A stretch of DNA of 57,105 nucleotides, filler included, from Porpidia crustulata (Eukaryota): the NCBI GenBank assembly GCA_964255105.1. It is 5 parts of 5 records of this genome, joined end to end, with 100 filler letters (N's around TTAATTAATTAA, not from the genome) between each part and the next. Parts side by side here need not be neighbours in the genome. Positions count along the whole stretch, not along the records: positions 45,785 to 57,105 come from CAXUWE010000669.1; 4 more parts are not named here. The stretch is one strand, 5' to 3'. Below the pieces are notes generated by a model. That model did not search any database. It saw only the letters and a list, made by a program, of their open reading frames with translations, and had not been told where the DNA came from. Each line of letters starts with the position of its first letter. The first letter of the stretch is position 1. Below, in pieces: positions 49,790 to 57,105 of the stretch. A program made the translations under genes and the position numbers.

Positions 49790-51096
49790 ATGCCCTTCCT
49801 TCGCCGTCTCTCTCAATGCTGTACGCTCGCATCCGCTTCATGCCGCTTTCCTGTGCGAATCACTCTGCCAGCTCCGCAATGTCGTCTTTTATCCGCTACC
49901 CCGCTAACAACAGCTGTTCCCATATCCCCACGCTGGCTTTCCGAGCTCAAAGCCCGGATTGGCAGATGCCTGTCGTTCGGGCTGAAACCCGCTCAAATTG
50001 ATGAGGCCGGTGGAGTCTTGAGCATAATAGCGCAGGATTGGAGGGAGCTGCTTGCTGGGAGTGAAGGGTTCTTGGTCGGAAAAGGTAGAGCAGGCCTTGA
50101 GGGCCAAGAAGTGGTCTGGGGGGAAATGGTAGGCTTTCAGAAAAGCCCTCATCAATCATGCAGTCTGGGCTAAAGATCGCTTCGAATTGGTGATTCAGGA
50201 TGTAATGGTACAGTCAAATTCATTCTCTATTTCTTTTCTCATAATTCTATGACTTAGGGAATAATGGCTCATCTGATCTAAATCACAGGGTAAACCGGGA
50301 AACTCCTCGCTGAGTATTTTATACTAGCCCTAATGACCACCTGAAGGCCATATCAATAATGTCACTTATTTTCGCTACGCCGAGTCTGCTCGAATCAACT
50401 GGGCGCAGAACTTCGCTACGCACATTGATCCTACTCACAAGACAGAGTGGTCGGAGCTTTGGACACCAAAGGGTGATGGGCTGATACTGCGGAGCATAAA
50501 GACAGATTTCAAGTTTGTACGACGAAACTTTCTCTGCCATCTGTATTAAGAACGCGTGATATCATAGAGATTGGTCTTGGAAACTAACAGTATATATACT
50601 GAACCCATTAGCCCATGGCTTGGCCCGATCGCATCTCTGTATATCACAAGCTCCGATCACTACCTACGTCCTCGACAGATTCCTTCGTTCTCGACGTGCT
50701 GATAATCTCGGAGCGGCATCAACGGCCGGCGGCGCGCTGTGTCGGTACGCAAGTTTCCACATCAATCTTCCCTGCTCGATATGATCGTGATCTATGATAT
50801 GAATTCGTGGAGCATCCATTTCTTATAAATGTCTATGTTTTGTAGACCGGCCATGGAATAATCATGCTAATTTGGTATTTCTTGTAGAGGATATAGTTGT
50901 GTACGACTACCTGAAAGGCAAGAAGACACCGCTGAGGCCCTTCATGCTCGAAAAGTTCCAGGAAACTTGGGAGGCACAAGAGGAGACGAAAGGAAGGAAC
51001 GTAGGTAGAGTGAGGAGTCTACTGGACAAAGTAGAAAACTTAGAGAAAGAAAGCTGGAATAAAGAGGGTGCCGTGGAGGATTTAGGAGGCCATTGA
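49790..51096 (+). CDS. Hotdog-fold (4HBT-like) thioesterase with probable mitochondrial presequence
   Basis: Exons 49790-50128, 50199-50207, 50289 (1 nt), 50347-50516, 50612-50744 and 50888-51096 give VVWGEM-DVM-G-HINNVTYFRYAESARINW...GLILRSIKTDFKF-PMAWPD...EDIVVYDY. The N-terminus is Arg/Ser/Leu-rich. Confidence 0.85.
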
Positions 51097-52051
51097 AGGA
51101 CTATAATTGCTACATCGAAATAAGTATTGCAGCATATTCAATTAGAGTTGTGGACTGCTGCACAGACAAGGATTATCCACTTTGGACTGTCCTAAGTGGA
51201 TGAGGATGCTCCGCGTGGATCCGCTTCATGTACTATGTATGATGTGGCATCAGAATGCCCGGGGGATAGACACATGAATTTTCCAAGTGGAGTAATCTCC
51301 ACGAGCACAACAGTTATGCCATCGAGCAGCCACTGCTGTCCGCGCATATCAGTCATATAGGTCACGCTGAGTATGGATGGGGATGGTATATCTTCACATC
51401 CTAGCCGTATGCACCTCGCGGTCGCAAACTCGCAGACTCGCAGTGGGGTCATGTAATAGACAGGCTAAAACATGCAGTTTTCAACATACCCCAATTATTC
51501 GAGTGCCGAGTTTGATCGACGACACAGATGCTCTAAAGAATGGCTAGGTCGATGCTTCCTGAGGTGTAAATATTTGTGACGAAACTTGTAATTGGGCACT
51601 ACATCAGAGTATGCACCGTGGCACCCTCGGCTGTTGACCATGGCATTGTTTTCTCTGGAGTAGTACCTAATGGCTCCTCATATTAGAAACAAGACATCAG
51701 GTGGTCCAAAAGAGATATAATCCATTTTGTGCCCTCCCGATTGTTCAGTAAAGCCGTCCGTGTTTTGCTGTAAATGACTGATTACACATGCTGAAGTGAG
51801 AAATCCCAACTGCGTTGTGAAACTTTCCAAAATACGGCGGGCGTAAATTCAGGTACCGCGGTAGAGACTACCTTTCAAGTAATCCCCCACAACGCAAATC
51901 CCGGCCGTCTCCACGGTTTGCTACATCTTGACCAGCAGAGTGGTCCATGTCAGAAACGTCAAAGCTGCCTGCCTTACCACATTACGACGCCGTATTTTGA
52001 GGTACCGAAGAGCGCGCTGGCTGGTACCACGCGGATCAAATTTGCGGCTTC

Positions 52052-54952
52052 ATGCCACGAGGTGCGAAGAAGACCACCGCACACCAGCACAATAGCCGTC
52101 ACGAGAATGGCGTAGTCGCTCCAGGCAAAAGAGTAGCTAAGCAAAAATCTAACGGTCATCTGAACGAGACCATCGATGGGTCCTACCAGTCCAGCTCCCC
52201 ACCTTCTCCCTCGCCCTCCAGGCAACCAGCAACGCAGATGCTGGATAGCACCACCAATGGCATATCTACAGGATGGAGGAACGGTATCGAGATGGAGAAG
52301 TCGGACGCAGGAGTCGGATCAAAGGTGTCAGAAGAATTGTCAGAGGATTTAGAGCCATCAAACACCGCAGCCGCCTACATTAATGGATCCTTGGATAATC
52401 ATCACCGCAAAATCGATGTGAACGCTGCGAGGAACCCAAAAGTCCATGAGAACAACATCTTCAATCTAGCGCTTACAATTTTAAGATCTTGTCCACTGGG
52501 CGACACTATCTCAATCCTCATTTTCCTGCTTTCGCTACCCCCAACCTTGCTCACACTTACGAACGCCCTATTTGCCGTATTGACATTCATGCCTCCTGCT
52601 GGATCATTCGCTCTTCCAACTACCCTCAGCGACGTGTTCCAGGGCTCCGGAGGCACACCCTCACTAGCCACGGTTGTTCTCACAGACATAATCGGCTTAG
52701 TGCTATGGCTCCTACTTTGGACCCGTGTGCAAGGTTTAGGTCTTGAATTGGCCCAAGCCGTGGTTGCAACCACCCTCGGAGGAGGCAGCTCTAATAAAAA
52801 CGGTGGATCTGACAATACTTTATTTTGCATGTCAATAGTCTTAGTCACGCACGTCGTCCGTCACAAATGGATTCCAAAACGCATATATGGATTCGACTGG
52901 TCTACAAAAATATCTCTGGTATCGTATATTCCTAGGGGCCTTCCATCATTTTCTGGCGACGACTTCATATCCACACGCTCACCAGCGAGCTGGTTCCGAA
53001 TACTGGTGGCTCTGCATATTGTGATACAAGGACTCGTCCATGTAGCTAGGCGGTGGTATACAAAGCGAGAGTACTCTCAGGCAGTGTCTATCAAGAAGAA
53101 GTCGGATCCAGAGGCCGTTGTCGGCTCGCTTATTCACCCAGAAGTAGCTTCATCAACGGACCTAGGCTCCCTTTTTTCCCGCACATCATCAGAACTGATC
53201 ACAAAATCGTCTCTGTCGAATCTGAAAGATCCACGCGACAAAGTTGCAAATGGCAAGAAGAAGCGAAAACAGGGTACCTACGTTAGAAGCCAGCAGCCAT
53301 TATGGGCTGCATTTGCCGCAACTAAAGTCACAGTCCTTCGAGAAATGGAACAATCGCAAGCACTGTCAGAAGCTCTTGGGTCCAACGCGATAGACACTAA
53401 GAATCTTGGAAGCGCCCCGTTCGTAAGTGAAGAAGGCCGGATTTGGATTACGCGTGTGCAAACTACCAGCTTTAACTTTAACGCAAGCTACTTTTCAGGC
53501 AATGCATCCGAGACGATTGGCCGTGTAGGTGTTGATCGGACTAAACCATTTTACGTGCGCCTCAATGGCGCAGATTGGACATCGACTAAGATTGTTCCAT
53601 CACGTAAATTCGAAACGACGGGCGAGAGCGCAGTTCAGCAGTGGACTGGTGAAGTCTTCGGACTTTCGCCCTCTTCTAGCTATAATTGCAGCTTCGTCCG
53701 GAGCGAGGATGGTGTGGCTGTATACTCAGCGATTGTCTCCACACCATCCCCGCCCACGGACGAAACAGGTACTTGACAATATATCGGTAGAAACTGGACC
53801 CACTGGCTGATACCATGTATAGAATATTTAGTCTCATCGACTCCTCCTCACCAGCCGCTCCGCCCATCGTCACCAACAACACCTACAACCACACTCAAAA
53901 ATTCCATCGCGGCTTTGGAAGCCAGTCTTAGCGAGTCTCAAACGCGGCAGAAGCGCGCTAAGAAAGAGAATAAAGCTACTTCTACAGCCCTTAAGAAGGA
54001 AGTCGATATCCTACAGGCGAAAATCTCAAAGATTGCTAGTGAAGATAAAGCGCACCTCAACCGCCATTTGCAGTGGAATCAGCATTTTCGTCAAGCAGAT
54101 GATGCGGTCGCCTCCATTTCAAACGAAATTGACGCGATGGGCTGTGTTCCGGAAGCCGATTCTAAGCAATGGAAAGCCAGCAAAGCTAGTTGGGATAAGG
54201 CAAGGGACCAACAGTCGAGAAGCCGCGAGGAGCTGTTCCGCTGCAAAGAATCTGCTTACCAGGAGAAATTTTCGGTGCAAGCCGAAGCTACGGCTACCCA
54301 GCAGAAACGCGAGCGACTACAAGCTCGCGGTGCAAAACTCAACGATCAGCGTGACAGACTTCAATCAGCCACAGCGCAGGGTCTCGGCGAAAAGGAACGT
54401 AAGGAGTCCGAGCAGGCTGCAAAGACAATGGAACGCCAGCAATTCGAGGGTAAAATTAATGAGCAGATTGGCGCCTATCATCGGTCGTTACAGGAAATCC
54501 AGTACCAGGGCCAGCAGTCTTGGCAGCAATCGCGAGTAATCGAGAACGCTTTCCATCAGCAGCAAATGATGGGCATGTCCGGCGACATCAACCCAGTGAC
54601 CCCAGAAGGCGATCTTCCAGGAACAAACCGCCTTGCTTCTGGTACCTCTGGCTTCCGCTTTCCTCCAATTGGCTCTCCAGATCCTTTCCGCCACGCATCT
54701 CTTCGTAACGAAGCGCGTCCTCGCTCGACGTCCATGCTGTCTGGTAACAGCCATTACACGGATTTCTCGGATCCAGATCCTGCACCACCCATGCCGGTAA
54801 GAAGTGTACCTCTAATTGACCAGCAGCAGAACGGAAGTTATGACAGTGAACGTGATAGTCGGGGAAGTCAACGGGGCTCAACAAGTCCAGTCATCCCTAC
54901 CGGCACCAGGATAAGTCCTCTAGGCAAAGGTGGCAGTCCCGTTTGGAATTAG
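52052..54952 (+). CDS. acrB: Ubiquitination-network signalling protein AcrB-like (TM segments + coiled coil)
   Basis: Exons 52052-53768 and 53823 (or 53832)-54952. N-terminus HENGVVAPGKRVAKQKSNGHLN, CPLGDTISILIFLLSLPP, VRSQQPLWAAFAATK, VRLNGADW, long C-terminal coiled coil. Confidence 0.8.
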
Positions 54953-56005
54953 GCATGTTGGCTAAATCGTTGAGGCGGCTATAGGACTACGAGGTGAATT
55001 CAAGCATTGATCAATTCATCACTATTCCCTGCCTCGGCGTGATATCTCCATTTCGTGAATGCCTAAGCCCTTGGTGATACATACCAGCTCTGTGAAGCAC
55101 CAAAACAAAACTCCATTGCTGGCCGCGATCGATCTCCTGTGCAACTTAGTATCGATCTGTTGTCATGACTGCACAGAAAATCCCTGTAAGATATGCTTCA
55201 TACGAACTTGTCAAGTAATTCCATTCTTCTCCCTCTCTACTCTCCTCTCTGCCATGTCTCCTATCAAACACTGGCATGAGCGTGCTCACGATTCTGCTTT
55301 TGGTAGTCGCAACCCATCAATGTATGCCTGCACTTTCTCAAAGTTTGTCGTTAATGCAGCGCAGTCAATTTACGTCAATGTAGATCCCGCGTTGGAATAT
55401 TTACTTTACCATCGCCGAGCAAACAGGTAACGGCATGTTGTGCTGGCTGTTACATACCGCCGGATCGGAGACTCACAACTCTACTCAACCTCAAGCTTAC
55501 GAGCTCGTACTACAAGCTGCTTTCAGATCGATGACAACTAGTTACCAGCCGCGCATTACTCAAGCTCTTTCAAGAGACTTACCTTGATCGAACAGCCTAA
55601 TCTTCCACCGGCGTACCAGCGCAAATATCGCGAAGGACTCAGGTCCACACCTGCCAGCCCATCCAGACGGTCAGTAAGCATTGCCAGACTTGTTCTTCCG
55701 GTGCAGGACAGGATTTTCAATACCAACCAAGTCGCGAGTCGCTCGGAGCGAATCTCTCATCGCATCGGTTACACTTCTGGCCCCAAGACCTCCCTGCGCA
55801 ACCATAATATCCAAATCAGAATTCTTCATTCACAACACCAAAACCTTGGTCCACCAGAAGTGCCACCGCTGACGAGCCACTGCACAAAGACAAGAGCGGT
55901 GAATTAGGTATATGGGCACCTGCATATTATCAGCGCAGAACTTCTACAACAAGCGTCGCATCGTCCCTGCGTTAGGAGGAGACGTCTTGTTTTTTGAGCT
56001 TGAAT

Positions 56006-56974
56006 ATGGGCAATAAATCTTCAACTGAGCTCAAGAGCTCATTGAAAGACAAGCTACATCAAATAAATGCTTCCTCAAAATATCTTCCACTTCGACCAGG
56101 TCACCCTCCAAAACAACCGCTGACGACTTCTTCCCTTCGCTTCATCCATCCAAAAGAACCCAGGACAAGACCCCAATCCAGTTCCACATTGCCGTCGCGA
56201 CTCGAGCATGCGCCTGCACCTGCCCTTTCAACGCCACCGGCGTCTGCACCCGAAGTCGCTCCCTCCCTTACCCAAGTTTCAAGTCCAGACACTCCGGAAT
56301 CCGAGGAAGGCGACGAGCGCTCACACTCATTCATTCCTTCAATCAAAGCATCGCCATTTGCTCCATCTCCATTTGCTACCTCTCTGCCAAAGTCCGAAAG
56401 CAGTACCATTACTCCCGGGAAACTACCAAACGCCTCTCCCCCAATATTTACGTTATCACCTCCTCCGTCGTCAGGATCAACCGTTTCCGACCAGCAAATA
56501 CTCTCCCCACGTACTTCTTCACACTCTTCAACTAATGGTTTTCCTATCATCCTTCCAATACTTCCCGTTGTAGCACCCCCTGTCACAGACAGGCATTATA
56601 AGTGTTACCAGTCGCATCGGAAACTGCTGTTCTCGAAGAATGAATCCTGTCCTGTACCATGCATGATATGCCATGTCGGGGATAAGAAAGGCAGATGGAC
56701 GTGTTCATGGTGCTCGTTGAGGGTTTGCGCGGCTTGCCGGAGCCGCGTGAAAGAAATCCTCGTGAAACAAGAGACTGGACTGGGCCAACACGACGCAAGG
56801 AAGGGCAAAGAAAGGGAGGTAGAAGATAATAGTAGGCCAACAATAATCAATGCCATCAACAAGGCCCCACCGCAAGCGCAGACACGCACAGCTGAAGGCG
56901 CAAAGGCGGATACGAGGAACGAACGGCACAAACCCGCAAACGAGGAGGAAGATCTGACGCTGGGACACTGGTAA
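56006..56974 (+). CDS. Hypothetical Pro/Ser-rich protein with C-terminal Cys/His zinc-finger-like motif (may have upstream exons)
   Basis: HYKCYQSH...CPVPCMICH...WTCSWCSLRVCAAC. The first in-frame ATG gives MGNKSS. Confidence 0.6.
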   Translation: MGNKSSTELKSSLKDKLHQINASSKYLPLRPGHPPKQPLTTSSLRFIHPKEPRTRPQSSSTLPSRLEHAPAPALSTPPASAPEVAPSLTQVSSPDTPESEEGDERSHSFIPSIKASPFAPSPFATSLPKSESSTITPGKLPNASPPIFTLSPPPSSGSTVSDQQILSPRTSSHSSTNGFPIILPILPVVAPPVTDRHYKCYQSHRKLLFSKNESCPVPCMICHVGDKKGRWTCSWCSLRVCAACRSRVKEILVKQETGLGQHDARKGKEREVEDNSRPTIINAINKAPPQAQTRTAEGAKADTRNERHKPANEEEDLTLGHW

Positions 56975-57105
56975 AATAGATTTCGGGGATTATCATGCAG
57001 GGGGCATTGCAAGCCTTCCGCGTTGTTTGTGTGTTTTGGGGGGTGGAATTGGCGATATGCTGTACTTACAGGAACGAGAATGGGTACATGTTGGCCGGGG
57101 GCGGG

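Overview
This window is eukaryotic DNA from a filamentous ascomycete (Pezizomycotina-type genes with short GT-AG introns). It is not one locus. Five contigs (1-11387, 11488-22835, 22936-34262, 34363-45684, 45785-57105) of steadily decreasing length, all about 11.3 kb, are joined by artificial N44-TTAATTAATTAA-N44 spacers, so adjacency across spacers is meaningless. Contig 1: importin beta-4 (Kap123-like, 3'-truncated) hosting an intronic box C/D snoRNA (snR71-like), a Yap1/NapA bZIP factor, SPF30 and an SDR. Contig 2: RPN1, RIO2, a two-RRM protein and the last exon of NADPH-P450 reductase. Contig 3: VPS13. Contig 4: a head-to-head pair made of a SesB-hydrolase/NB-ARC NLR with no sensor repeats and a single-pass membrane protein whose cytoplasmic part looks like the missing winged-helix + TPR half of an NLR. 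Two TTAGGG-containing MITE-like elements lie between the pair, and a peroxisomal 4CL-like ligase follows. Contig 5: RecQ (truncated), a GPI cell-wall protein, a thioesterase with an apparent 1-nt exon, AcrB and a Cys-rich protein. The best candidate for a new system is the split, membrane-anchored NLR pair. All exon models and family calls were made by eye, without database searches.
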